56,198 nucleotides of DNA from an uncultured Bacilli bacterium (GCA_947601485.1 CANQGF010000001.1:1-56198), one strand, 5' to 3'. Positions 42,488-52,210 are shown, numbered from the stretch's first letter. Made by a program: numbers and translations. Notes: a model not told the origin generated them from the letters alone.

Positions 42488-44162
42488 TGTTTACTTGTTC
42501 AAATGACACAAGCTCATTTTTGTTTCCTTTTTTGTTAGAATAAGTTAAAAATCTTTCTTCACCTGTTTTTAAAACAAATCTTATTATTTTAGGATTTTTA
42601 TTTTTGTTTTCATCATAGCCACCAATGATAATTTTTTCTACTATACTATCAAATGCCTCTTTATCAAATTGCTTTAAAGTGGTTGGTTCTTCAAATATTT
42701 TTTCTATTTCTCCAATTTGTTTAGTTAAAGTTTTATTTTCACTTTCTAACATTTCGTAATTTTTTATTTCTTCTTTAATTAAATCCAATTTCTCATTTAT
42801 TTCTTTTTCTTTTGAAATATATGCCTCTTTATGCTCGTAATCATCTAATTTCATATCAATTAAATTTGATAATCTTTTTTGTAGGGTATTTTTTTCATTA
42901 TTTAAGTTATCAAGTTTTTTCTTATAATCATTATCACTTATAACTTCTTTAATAGCATTTATCATTAAATCTTTGGTCTTATATTTATTTTTTATTATAG
43001 AGTTATACATTTGAACAAATGCACTTTCTAATAATTCTTCTCTTATAAGTAAAGCATCTTCGCAATTTTTTACATTAACTACTTTATTATAACAACTCCA
43101 ATAGACTACTTGGCTTCCATTTTTTCGTTTGCTACTAACTCTACGTGCATAATTTGTTCCACAAAATCCACATTCTATTTTGCTACTAAAAGCATATCTT
43201 TGACTAAATTTACCAAAATGTTGTTTACCATTAGGTATTATCTTATTTCTTCTTTTTTCTAATATTTCTTGTGCTTTTTCCCAAACTTCACGAGATATTA
43301 TTGCCTTATGATGATTTCTAACACGATATAGTTCTTTTTCTCCATAATTTCTTACTTTTTTATGAGTTAAAGGACTAATAGTGTAATTCTTTTGTCCTAA
43401 TAAATCACCAACATATTTTTCTTGCGAAATCATAGTTCTTACGTATTGTTGCGACCATTTCTTACCACCTGGCGATTTTACACCCATTTCATTTAATTTA
43501 TTGGCTATTATTCTTGATCCGATACCATCACAATACCAATTAAAAACCTTTCTTACAATTTCGGCTTCTTCTTCATTAATAGTTAGTTCTTTAGTTTCTT
43601 TGTTCCAATTATACCCATAAGGGTTTGCTTTACCGACAGGTTCACCATTTTTCATTTTGGCTCTTAATCCCATTGTTACATTTTGTGAAGTTGATTCACT
43701 TTCTGCTTGTGCAAATGCACTATAAAGAGTTAAAAACATCTCACTATCTAAATTAAGTGTGTGTATATTTTCTTTTTCAAAATATACATCTATTTTCTTA
43801 TCCCGTAAATCACGTACATATTTTAAAGTATCAACAACATTTCTAGCAAATCTTGATATAGATTTTGTAATGATTACATCAATCTTACCATTCATAGCGT
43901 CATTTATCATTCGTAAAAATTCTGTCCTGTTTTTTACTCTTGTTCCACTAATACCCTCATCAGCGTAAATACCTACAAACTCCCATTCAGAATTGGCTTT
44001 GATTTTTTCAGTATAATATCTTATTTGAGATTCATAACTTGTTAGTTGTTCTTCACTATCAGTACTAACTCTCGCATAAGCGCATACCTTTTTCTTTTTA
44101 CTTAAGGAAACATTAACGTTTTCAGTTTTGAGATTAGGTTTAATAATCTCAACCTGTGTCAT
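42462..44162 (-). CDS. Large serine recombinase
   Basis: N-terminal resolvase domain (VCAYARVSTDSEEQLTSYESQ, catalytic Ser), recombinase domain, Zn-ribbon (CGFCG...WSCY) and a coiled coil. The last 7 codons and the stop lie in host DNA beyond attL. Confidence 0.92.
   Translation of the reverse strand: MTQVEIIKPNLKTENVNVSLSKKKKVCAYARVSTDSEEQLTSYESQIRYYTEKIKANSEWEFVGIYADEGISGTRVKNRTEFLRMINDAMNGKIDVIITKSISRFARNVVDTLKYVRDLRDKKIDVYFEKENIHTLNLDSEMFLTLYSAFAQAESESTSQNVTMGLRAKMKNGEPVGKANPYGYNWNKETKELTINEEEAEIVRKVFNWYCDGIGSRIIANKLNEMGVKSPGGKKWSQQYVRTMISQEKYVGDLLGQKNYTISPLTHKKVRNYGEKELYRVRNHHKAIISREVWEKAQEILEKRRNKIIPNGKQHFGKFSQRYAFSSKIECGFCGTNYARRVSSKRKNGSQVVYWSCYNKVVNVKNCEDALLIREELLESAFVQMYNSIIKNKYKTKDLMINAIKEVISDNDYKKKLDNLNNEKNTLQKRLSNLIDMKLDDYEHKEAYISKEKEINEKLDLIKEEIKNYEMLESENKTLTKQIGEIEKIFEEPTTLKQFDKEAFDSIVEKIIIGGYDENKNKNPKIIRFVLKTGEERFLTYSNKKGNKNELVSFEQVNRYCLSGNG
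42485..42488. other. attL crossover core (ACCT on the + strand)
   Basis: The same 4 nt occur at 48513-48516. The host reading frame is restored exactly when the two copies are merged. Confidence 0.6.
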
Positions 44163-44254
44163 TTTACCTCTCTTTCTTTAGTTAATATTCTTAAATGAAT
44201 ACATCAAAAGTATTCATTTACATTATACCTTATTTTTTTACTAATCGGTAGCAT

Positions 44255-44419
44255 TTAATAAAAACTTTGTACTCTTTCTTTTAAAACATAATATTGTTTT
44301 TCGTTAATTAAATTCAATTTTAATAATCTTGATAGAATAGACATATTTATTGATTTATCAATAATATTATCTATTTCTAGTTGTGTTAAATTCTTTTCTT
44401 TAATATCATCTTCTTTCAT
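44255..44419 (-). CDS. Small protein (54 aa), unknown
   Basis: ATG after GAGGGGG, not in the ORF track. Sequence: MKEDDIKEKNLTQLEIDNIIDKSINMSILSRLLKLNLINEKQYYVLKERVQSFY. Confidence 0.5.
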   Translation of the reverse strand: MKEDDIKEKNLTQLEIDNIIDKSINMSILSRLLKLNLINEKQYYVLKERVQSFY

Positions 44420-44767
44420 ATTTGATTTTCCCCCTCTCTTTTTTATATTTTATACTTTTTTAACATACTAATCTCATTCCTTTCGTTAATTGCTTTCTTT
44501 TAATATTAAATCTCTTATAATTTTCCTACACTCATAAAAAACATATTTACTACAAATTACTAACTAAAAAAGTCAATAATATCCCTATGAGGAATAAATC
44601 TCCTTTTAGTAATAATTTGAGCTATAACATATATATTTTATTTATTATAGTTCTTTGAAATATGTTATAGTTCAAACTTGTATTCATCTTATATTTTTAT
44701 AAGATAGGTTCTGATATAAGCCTTAATATCTTACCGAGCCTCTTATAACTAGTGTTTATTAAACTTT

Positions 44768-45025
44768 CTAGTTAAGTGTTATTGTGTACATTCCATTAGA
44801 ATATTCCTTGTATATTAGATATTTTAATTCTTCTAATATTTTAAGGTTTTTTCTCAAGCCAATATTTTTGATGTTAATTACTTGTTGTATCTCTCCAACA
44901 TTTATATCTGTAAGAATTTTATCAAATCCTTTGCTATAAATATATGAGTAGATTAACTTTGCTTCTTTTGGAATTCTTTTATCTTTCCAAATTTCTTGTG
45001 GTACTTCTAGTTGTCTTAATCTCAT
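44768..45025 (-). CDS. Small winged-helix-like DNA-binding protein (85 aa)
   Basis: RBS AGGAGG. Transcribed divergently from the XRE gene. A role as regulator or directionality factor is inferred only. Confidence 0.6.
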   Translation of the reverse strand: MRLRQLEVPQEIWKDKRIPKEAKLIYSYIYSKGFDKILTDINVGEIQQVINIKNIGLRKNLKILEELKYLIYKEYSNGMYTITLN

Positions 45026-45050
45026 TCATAACATTCCTCCTTTCTTTTGA

Positions 45051-45138
45051 TGACTTTTACATCAATTACCATTAGTCTAGCACTATATTTTGAGTTTGTC
45101 AACATTATAATTATAATATTGTTGATTTTTACATCAAT
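45051..45138. promoter_or_regulatory. Divergent control region with repeated operator-like sites
   Basis: Direct repeats tga[c/t]ttttacatcaat at 45051-45066 and 45123-45138. Inverted repeat tcaaca(45099-45104)/tgttga(45120-45125). Extended -10 TGtTATACT at about 45142-45150. Confidence 0.45.
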
Positions 45139-45182
45139 ATGTGTTATACTTGTTTTAGCAAACGAATAGGAGGTGTTTAAAA

Positions 45183-45779
45183 ATGTTAAAGAAAAATACA
45201 ACTAAACTTGGTAAAACTATATGTGAAGCAAGAGAAAAAATAGGTATTTCACAAAGAGAACTAGCAAGACAAGCAAATATGGATTGTGCGGAAGTATCAA
45301 GAATAGAAGCTGGTAAAAGATTAAAGCCAAATGTTTTATATTTAAAAGGAATTGCTGATACATTAAATTTAAGTATGGTCGAATTAATGAAACTTGCAGG
45401 ATATAGCGATATAGATATAAATTTAGGACAAGATCTTCCAAATAAAAGATCTACTTCTGATTATCAAAAACAAATCCAAAGTTATGAACAATTTTATTTT
45501 GATGTTTTAGAAGAATTAGAAAATAGAAGAAAGGTTGACTTTGCTATTAAGGGTGGTATTGCAGATATAATAGATAATATAGAGTTATCTAAAATAGAAA
45601 AAAAAGAAATATCAAATGATGAAATATTGGATAGATTAAAAGAGTTGATCCCAATGATAAGACCTAATTTAGAAAAATTTGATAAATCTAAATATCCATT
45701 ATTTGATAAAGGAGTATTTCCCAAAAAAGATTTAAAATCAAATATTAAGTATAATTCTATTACAGATAATAAAGAATAA
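45183..45779 (+). CDS. XRE-family transcriptional regulator (198 aa)
   Basis: HTH ISQRELARQANMDCAEVSRIEAG. RBS AGGAGG. Confidence 0.8.
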   Translation: MLKKNTTKLGKTICEAREKIGISQRELARQANMDCAEVSRIEAGKRLKPNVLYLKGIADTLNLSMVELMKLAGYSDIDINLGQDLPNKRSTSDYQKQIQSYEQFYFDVLEELENRRKVDFAIKGGIADIIDNIELSKIEKKEISNDEILDRLKELIPMIRPNLEKFDKSKYPLFDKGVFPKKDLKSNIKYNSITDNKE

Positions 45780-45967
45780 TTTTTTCAAAACAAAAAATAA
45801 TCTTTTTGCCATTAAACATAAAGATTATTTTTATATAAAATATATACAGAATTTTAAAATAGGATTTTTCCTTTTCCCACCGTTATTGGCTTGCCAATAG
45901 CGTAGTGGGTTACCGTTTTGGAAAAATGGTCTATTAAAATTCAATACCAATAAATCATGAATTTTAC

Positions 45968-46876
45968 TTAATTATGTATTTTGGAATTAGCTAATTTTAA
46001 TTTTTTGGTTTCGCTTAAATCTTGTTCAAGCCAAGATTGTAAATTAATCGTTTCCATATTAAAATCTAGTTTATTTTCACCTATTTTATCCTTAGGAACA
46101 TCAAGTATTTTTAATAAGTTTAACGATAAATCTGATAAATTCATTTCATTTTTTTCAATAGTTTCAATGTCCCTGTATTGTTCAAAACCTTCTACTATTT
46201 TGAACCCCTTTTCATTAAGTAATAAATTAATAATTTTATATAATTCTTTATTCCATTTTTCTATTTCTTCTTTATCTTGTCCAAGATGTTGAATAATATC
46301 AATTGGAAACGGTCTAGTTTTTTTATCTATATGCATATTAATACATTCATCAATATTTATCATAATACTTTTCAAATAAGAATGAACTTCTGGGTATTCA
46401 AAATCCAATATTTTCATTTGATAAGCATTTAAAAAATATTGTTCAATTTGCATTCCTAAAAATTTGATATACGCTAATAAAGATATATAAGTATTTTCGT
46501 GGCCGTCAACTACATATTTACCATTAACAATTATATGATTATTATAAAAATCAACTCGTTTAGCTAAATCTGCTATTTGCTTTAAACTAAAGTTTTGAAA
46601 AGGATATAGTAAATTCGACTCATTATTATAGTCAACATAGTTATATAAATCTCGATATTTTATTGCATATTCTTCAATACTTTTCATTTGATTACTATTA
46701 TTAAGTTTATGAATGCCAATTGTATTATAATTATCATCTAATAAAACAAAAATATCTGTTTTTGGAGAATTTAATATAATAATATCGTTATATACATTAA
46801 ATTCATTCCAGTCTAGTCCATAATCTACACATTTACTTCTGAAAGCCAAATCATCTCTTATTGTATTTTTATCCAT
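45968..46876 (-). CDS. Hypothetical cargo protein (302 aa), no family recognised
   Basis: Intact ORF with RBS AAGGAG. The largest non-mobility gene in the element. Confidence 0.75.
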   Translation of the reverse strand: MDKNTIRDDLAFRSKCVDYGLDWNEFNVYNDIIILNSPKTDIFVLLDDNYNTIGIHKLNNSNQMKSIEEYAIKYRDLYNYVDYNNESNLLYPFQNFSLKQIADLAKRVDFYNNHIIVNGKYVVDGHENTYISLLAYIKFLGMQIEQYFLNAYQMKILDFEYPEVHSYLKSIMINIDECINMHIDKKTRPFPIDIIQHLGQDKEEIEKWNKELYKIINLLLNEKGFKIVEGFEQYRDIETIEKNEMNLSDLSLNLLKILDVPKDKIGENKLDFNMETINLQSWLEQDLSETKKLKLANSKIHN

Positions 46877-46971
46877 AATTGAATACTCCTTTCAACTTAA
46901 AGTAATTTAATATATATACTATTCTACCATGCTTTTTCAATTATTACTACATGTTTTTAAACAATTTGTTT

Positions 46972-48267
46972 TTATAAATTCATATCATAATCTTCTTTTT
47001 CTTTTTCATCTTCGTAGTCTGAAAAATCTTTTTCAGTTTTATAATAATCTGGTACATTTGCATATTTAAATAAACTATCTTCTTTAGTTGTACCTGTGGC
47101 AATATCTTTTACATCTTCCATTTCAAAATCACAGTTGTCATAATATTTTTTAACTTCATTTTCAGTATAATCTTTAATATATTCTGTACCTATTTGTAAT
47201 AGTTTTCTGAAAAAATATTTGATAACATTTATTATTCTTTTTATTTGATACATTAAACTTTTGTTTTCTTCTTTTAATTTTTTGTTTCTTAATTTTAAAT
47301 TATCAACTTCTTTTTTGTATTTTTGATTTTCTTTCTCAAGTATTTTATATCCACTAGAATATCCATTTATCTCATCAAATACTTCATTTATTTTAGGTTG
47401 TAATTCTACAACTTTTTTTGATTCTTTAACTATTCTTTTCATAGTATTAAAAGTATCCACATTAACAATTACTTGATTTTTATTAAAAGGAATATTTTTA
47501 GTAACTTTCATTTGTTTAACAAATTCATCTATTGATTTATCAAGTCTATCATTTCTAACATTTAAATTTTCTTCTAATTTTCTATTTATCTTTTTATAAT
47601 CTTTAATTTTAATATGTTTTCTATCACTACCCTTAATACCTCTTTCTAAATCATAATCTTTATCAGTTAATCTTTTATAATATTTATCTTGTAGTTCTGA
47701 CAAATGTATTTTATCTTTTATGTATTTCTTTTTAGAAATAGTATATCTTTCACTATTAGTTCTTTTATCGTATTTTTTAATAAGTGGAACAACAATGCAA
47801 TGGATATGTGGTGTTTTTTCATCTAAATGTACTGTTGCATGTAAAATTTGTTCTCTAGTATATCCTAAATCTTTATAAACAAATTCCATACAAGTATCAG
47901 CCCATTTTTTTATATCATCTTTTGTCATATTTTTAAAGAATTCATTAGTAGCAGTAAATAGTAATTCATCAGCAACAACATTATTTGATTTATCTAACAT
48001 TTGTTTAAAAGTCTTTTTTCTATCTTCACGTTCTGTTTTCATTCTTTCCTCATGTTCTTTTCTATAATCTTTTACTATATTATAAAACCCTTTAACATAT
48101 TTATCTGTTAAAGGGACTAGTTCTATATTATCTTTACTTTTTTCTATATCTATATCTGGATTAGAATTATAAGAGTTTTTTTCTCTTTTATTATGTGATC
48201 CGATTTGTGCTAAATCGTTTATAGTCATTATCGGTTCACTTCTAAATATTGCATAATTTAAATTCAT
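46972..48267 (-). CDS. MobV-family relaxase (Mob/Pre)
   Basis: N-terminal HNKRE motif and HLDEKTPHIHCIVVP (HxDExxPHxH). Long coiled-coil C-terminus. RBS GGAGG. Confidence 0.88.
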   Translation of the reverse strand: MNLNYAIFRSEPIMTINDLAQIGSHNKREKNSYNSNPDIDIEKSKDNIELVPLTDKYVKGFYNIVKDYRKEHEERMKTEREDRKKTFKQMLDKSNNVVADELLFTATNEFFKNMTKDDIKKWADTCMEFVYKDLGYTREQILHATVHLDEKTPHIHCIVVPLIKKYDKRTNSERYTISKKKYIKDKIHLSELQDKYYKRLTDKDYDLERGIKGSDRKHIKIKDYKKINRKLEENLNVRNDRLDKSIDEFVKQMKVTKNIPFNKNQVIVNVDTFNTMKRIVKESKKVVELQPKINEVFDEINGYSSGYKILEKENQKYKKEVDNLKLRNKKLKEENKSLMYQIKRIINVIKYFFRKLLQIGTEYIKDYTENEVKKYYDNCDFEMEDVKDIATGTTKEDSLFKYANVPDYYKTEKDFSDYEDEKEKEDYDMNL

Positions 48268-48494
48268 ATATCAAACCTCCTATCTTTAAATCTATATAAA
48301 ATAAAAAGATATGCTTTTTTAAACATACCTTTTACCTAAATTCAAAACTGTTAAAATTTACTTTTATTTTGATATGGATACAATAATGTTAAAAATATCA
48401 CCAATTTCGATTTTTTTTGAAACTTCTAACTTCATATTTAAGTTATTATTTTTCCCTTTAAAATAAAGCAAATCTCTTATTTTTTTATTATGTG

Positions 48495-48626
48495 TCATTT
48501 GACAATGGAAACACCTAATTCCCATTTAGATACAGCTTGTCTAGAAACATTTAGCTTCTCTGCCAGTTGTTCTTGAGACATATGTTTTTCTTTTCTTAAT
48601 TTTTGAATATTATCACAAAATTTCAT
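48495..48626 (-). pseudogene. 5' portion of the split XRE-HTH membrane protein gene
   Basis: RBS GAGGTG followed by MKFCDNIQKLRKEKHMSQEQLAEKLNVSRQAVSKWELG, then 5 element-encoded codons and a stop. The HTH is cut in helix 3. Confidence 0.8.
48513..48516. other. attR crossover core (ACCT on the + strand)
   Basis: Identical to 42485-42488. Host codon GGT (Gly38) is shared by both junctions. Confidence 0.6.
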
Positions 48627-48709
48627 TTTTTCACCTCAAGCCAACTATAATAAAACTTTTAGTTTTCCACTACCAACTTTCAGTTGTTTTTTGTCAACTT
48701 AAGGTTGCC

Positions 48710-49231
48710 TTAGCCAATTATTCCCCCAATTATACCAAAAGATAATATCATCATAATAACACTAGCCATTAAGACTCCTATTAAAGCTGCTATTAATGAT
48801 TTCTTTTTATCCATCTCTAAAACTGAAGCAATTAAACAACCGGTCCAAGCTCCAGTACCAGGAAGTGGAACACCTACAAATAAAACTAGACCCCAAAAAC
48901 CATATTTTTCAATAGATTTTTTATGTTTTTTTACTTTTTTATCTAACCACTTTGCTACTTTTCTTATCCTTTTAAATTTGCAATTATGCATCCAATTTAA
49001 AATAGAATTCATAAACCATAATATAAAAGGAATTGGTAAGATATTGCCAATTATTGCAATAATATAACTAGATATAGGGTTCATTTTTAAAAGTGAGGCT
49101 GCAATAAGTCCTCCTCTTAATTCTAATATAGGCATTAAAGAAATTATAAATACTAATATTTCTTTACCAAATTTTAAAGAAGTAATACCTCCAAATAACC
49201 CTATAATACTTTTCACTAATTTATCTGCCAT
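48710..49231 (-). CDS. Small membrane protein of the putative small-multidrug-export family
   Basis: LELRGGLIAA motif and a 4-5 TM layout. Confidence 0.7.
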   Translation of the reverse strand: MADKLVKSIIGLFGGITSLKFGKEILVFIISLMPILELRGGLIAASLLKMNPISSYIIAIIGNILPIPFILWFMNSILNWMHNCKFKRIRKVAKWLDKKVKKHKKSIEKYGFWGLVLFVGVPLPGTGAWTGCLIASVLEMDKKKSLIAALIGVLMASVIMMILSFGIIGGIIG

Positions 49232-49965
49232 TATTCATCATCCTTTTTTATTTTTTTAATTATATCACTTACTTTAAAACGCGGAAAAGAATCGATAATT
49301 CTTTTGGTAAAGTAAGATTGTTCAGATAATACTTTACGGATTTTTTTATCAGGATTATTAAATCTATTTTTAAATGTTTTAATTTTACTTACTATTTTAT
49401 CTTTAACTTTTTTACTTACTTCTTCCGTATTATCTTTAATAATATTAGATGTAATTAATTTAATATTTGAAATAACCTTTAAAGATATAATTAAATCAGT
49501 TAAGAAAGTTAAAAAGATTAAATAAAATATCACATGTAATAAGGTTGGACTAACCATTTCTAGTAAATTACTAAAGAAAGGATTAATAAAATAAACTAAT
49601 AGACAACCAATTATCCCAAAAGGAACCATTGTCTCTAAACAAATACGTCCATTGATATTAAATTTATTTTGAGAATAATCCCACCATCTAATTTTAAAGA
49701 CTTTTTCTAAAACATAACTAGTTAAATACTCTAAGATCGAACAGATTAAAATAGCTAATATAAATAAGATAAAAGGTTGACTTTTATACCCTTTTAAAAA
49801 GAATATCATTAAAAGACTACCTACCCCATAGATAGGACATATCGGTCCAATTAAAAAGCCTCTATTCATTAATCTTTTACAATCAAAATAGTTATAGATA
49901 ACTTCCATAATCCAACCTACAAAAGAATAAATTATAAATAGTAAAAAATATATTTCTAAATTCAT
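49231..49965 (-). CDS. Membrane protein of the putative ABC-transporter type IV (CmpB-like) family
   Basis: IIYSFVGWIMEVIY and GPICPIYGVG motifs. Confidence 0.7.
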   Translation of the reverse strand: MNLEIYFLLFIIYSFVGWIMEVIYNYFDCKRLMNRGFLIGPICPIYGVGSLLMIFFLKGYKSQPFILFILAILICSILEYLTSYVLEKVFKIRWWDYSQNKFNINGRICLETMVPFGIIGCLLVYFINPFFSNLLEMVSPTLLHVIFYLIFLTFLTDLIISLKVISNIKLITSNIIKDNTEEVSKKVKDKIVSKIKTFKNRFNNPDKKIRKVLSEQSYFTKRIIDSFPRFKVSDIIKKIKKDDE

Positions 49966-50483
49966 AAGCGACTACCTTTACTTTTCTTAGATTTAACACC
50001 CACTAGCATTAAAAGTTTTTTAGGATATTTAAATACTTCTAAAGATACTATTTTATCTGCTAAAGTAACTATCCATCCTACTTTATAACGCGGTGGTTTA
50101 ATATTTAAGGGAAACATATGACGTAAGATAGCATTTTCAATCTCAGGGGTCATATATTTAGCAAAATATTGGCGAGCATTATCTTTGGCATTTTTAGCAT
50201 GCGTAAAACCATGTTGTTCAAAGAATTTATGCTTTTCTGGGTCATCTTGCCAAGGTTTCTCATAAAAATCATGCAATAATCCGGCTATAGCAGCACTTTT
50301 ATAATCAGTATGAAAAAAACGAGCAAGAGAATAAGCTTTTTTAGAAACTTTTAAACAATGGTCATATACAGTTATATCCCCATGATGAGCATATTTCTTT
50401 CTTTTTTGAAATTCGGGATGCTCAATTATTTCTTTAACTATTTCTTCATATTCCTTTTCTAATTGTTTTTTCATACTCACCAC
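49962..50483 (-). CDS. HD-domain phosphohydrolase-like protein
   Basis: H...HD motif (GLLHDFYE). Start uncertain: GTG at 50483 or ATG at 50474. Confidence 0.8.
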   Translation of the reverse strand: MVSMKKQLEKEYEEIVKEIIEHPEFQKRKKYAHHGDITVYDHCLKVSKKAYSLARFFHTDYKSAAIAGLLHDFYEKPWQDDPEKHKFFEQHGFTHAKNAKDNARQYFAKYMTPEIENAILRHMFPLNIKPPRYKVGWIVTLADKIVSLEVFKYPKKLLMLVGVKSKKSKGSRL

Positions 50484-50556
50484 TATATAAATATATCATA
50501 AATTAGGCTTTTATTCATCTTTTTAACAGAAAAAAATTGACCGAAGTCAATTTTTA

Positions 50557-52098
50557 TTACATATATTTAGTATTACCAGTAAATTTATAACCACTTACAG
50601 TACGTGATGTTGTCCATTTAGTTTGAGTATAATCAACATATTCTGTAATATAACGATAATAATTTACTGTATCTGTATAAGCATATGTCTTAGTATATCC
50701 ACTATATTTATATGAGTTAGATTCTTTATCTAAGAATTTTAAGGTATTACCACTAGTTGTTCCTGAACTTGTTACTTTAAAGTATACTGGAACATAATAT
50801 AGGTAATTACGTAAATAGTTATCATAATATGCAGATACACCAATACGATTTTTTAAATTAATAGTTACTCTAACACGCCATACATTATTTTGTTTATATG
50901 GGTTACTTATATAATAACTAAAGTTACTACTCTTTAAGGCTGTTTGTTTAAATGCTGTAACATCTCTATTAGAAGAGTTAGACAACATATCATTACCAGT
51001 CATATATAAGTTAGTACTACTTGTATCTAAATATTTTTGATAATCTGTTGAATTAAAGTATCTTGTAGTAGATAAAGTTACTTTAGAAACATTTTGTGGA
51101 ATATTCGTTAATTGTAATTCATAAGAATATTGGTCACCAGCACGGAAATCATTAGCAAATACATAAGATGTTGTACGATATTCATTAGATGTTGTACTTG
51201 AACTAGATGTATTCTTCGTAAAGTAATAATATCTTGTACTTTCAGTTTTAGTTTCTACGTTGCTGCCACTTCTATAACCTTCTGTCCAATTTGTATAATC
51301 TTTAACAATTTTAGCTTGTTGGTAATATAAAGTTTTATTATTTTCTTCTGGTTTTTTATTATTGTTATCATCACCATTACCATCATCATTATTATTATGA
51401 TTATTATTTGGTTTAGTAGGTTTTTTCTTATTACCTTTATCACTATGATTATCAGTAGTATTATTTGTCGTATTATTAGTAGTGTTATTTGTAGTATTAT
51501 TTGATGTACTTTCAGGATATTTAATAATAGTAGTTGTACTAGTTGGTGTACTACCTCCTAAAGGATAATAGTAATACTTAGTTTCTCCCCCATTACTAAA
51601 TTTTACATCACTTGTATAATTATCATCATCGCTAACTTTACTAGTAGTTTTTTCTTCTTGTTCTTTTACTTCTGATAATAAACATGTACCATTACATCCA
51701 ATTGTATCAATTATATAATCAGATTCATCTCCACATGTTAATTGAACTTTTAATGCATACTCACTATCTAAAGTTTTTGTAACTTGAACATAACTATTAG
51801 CAGTATCACACGTATTTCCATCTTTGTCTGAGAATTCAAGGATAAGTTTATTATCAACTAATTGTTTTAAAGACATTGTCTTTGTTTCCCCAATATTACT
51901 AGGTAAACGATCTACAGTATAATAGTCTCTAGCAGCAGTTTTCATAGTTTGAATATTTTCATTAAAGACTTTATCATAGAAAGTATCTAGTTTTGGCATT
52001 GGGAATAACCAACATATTAATAGAACGAATAATATTAATAAGATAACTTTAATTATTAAGTCTACCCAATTAATTCCATATCTTCTTTCTTCTGTCAT
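50557..52098 (-). CDS. Membrane-anchored surface protein with Asn/Thr-rich low-complexity linker
   Basis: ATG at 52098, 5 nt after GGAGGTTGAGGT. One N-terminal TM helix, a Cys-containing domain, an NNTT/NNHNNNDD linker, and a beta-rich C-terminal half. Confidence 0.75.
   Translation of the reverse strand: MTEERRYGINWVDLIIKVILLILFVLLICWLFPMPKLDTFYDKVFNENIQTMKTAARDYYTVDRLPSNIGETKTMSLKQLVDNKLILEFSDKDGNTCDTANSYVQVTKTLDSEYALKVQLTCGDESDYIIDTIGCNGTCLLSEVKEQEEKTTSKVSDDDNYTSDVKFSNGGETKYYYYPLGGSTPTSTTTIIKYPESTSNNTTNNTTNNTTNNTTDNHSDKGNKKKPTKPNNNHNNNDDGNGDDNNNKKPEENNKTLYYQQAKIVKDYTNWTEGYRSGSNVETKTESTRYYYFTKNTSSSSTTSNEYRTTSYVFANDFRAGDQYSYELQLTNIPQNVSKVTLSTTRYFNSTDYQKYLDTSSTNLYMTGNDMLSNSSNRDVTAFKQTALKSSNFSYYISNPYKQNNVWRVRVTINLKNRIGVSAYYDNYLRNYLYYVPVYFKVTSSGTTSGNTLKFLDKESNSYKYSGYTKTYAYTDTVNYYRYITEYVDYTQTKWTTSRTVSGYKFTGNTKYM
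51454..51501 (-). repeat. Four tandem 12-nt repeats encoding (NNTT)4
   Basis: agtagtattatt / tgtcgtattatt / agtagtgttatt / tgtagtattatt on the + strand. Confidence 0.85.
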
Positions 52099-52210
52099 TT
52101 CAGACCTCAACCTCCATTTCATGGCTGTATATTAACACTTTTCCAAACATTTGTCAACATTTATTAAAAGGGGCCCTAAATAAGGCCGAACAAATAAAAA
52201 AATTAATCAA

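Larger units (their letters stand above)
42488..48512. mobile_element. Integrative mobilizable element (about 6.0 kb): large serine recombinase plus MobV relaxase
   Basis: Bounded by ACCT cores. The inner flanks are inverted repeats: ttgttcaaatgacaca (42496-42510) and tgtgtcatttgacaa (48491-48505). A recombinase sits at one end and a relaxase at the other. It interrupts a host gene. Confidence 0.8.
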
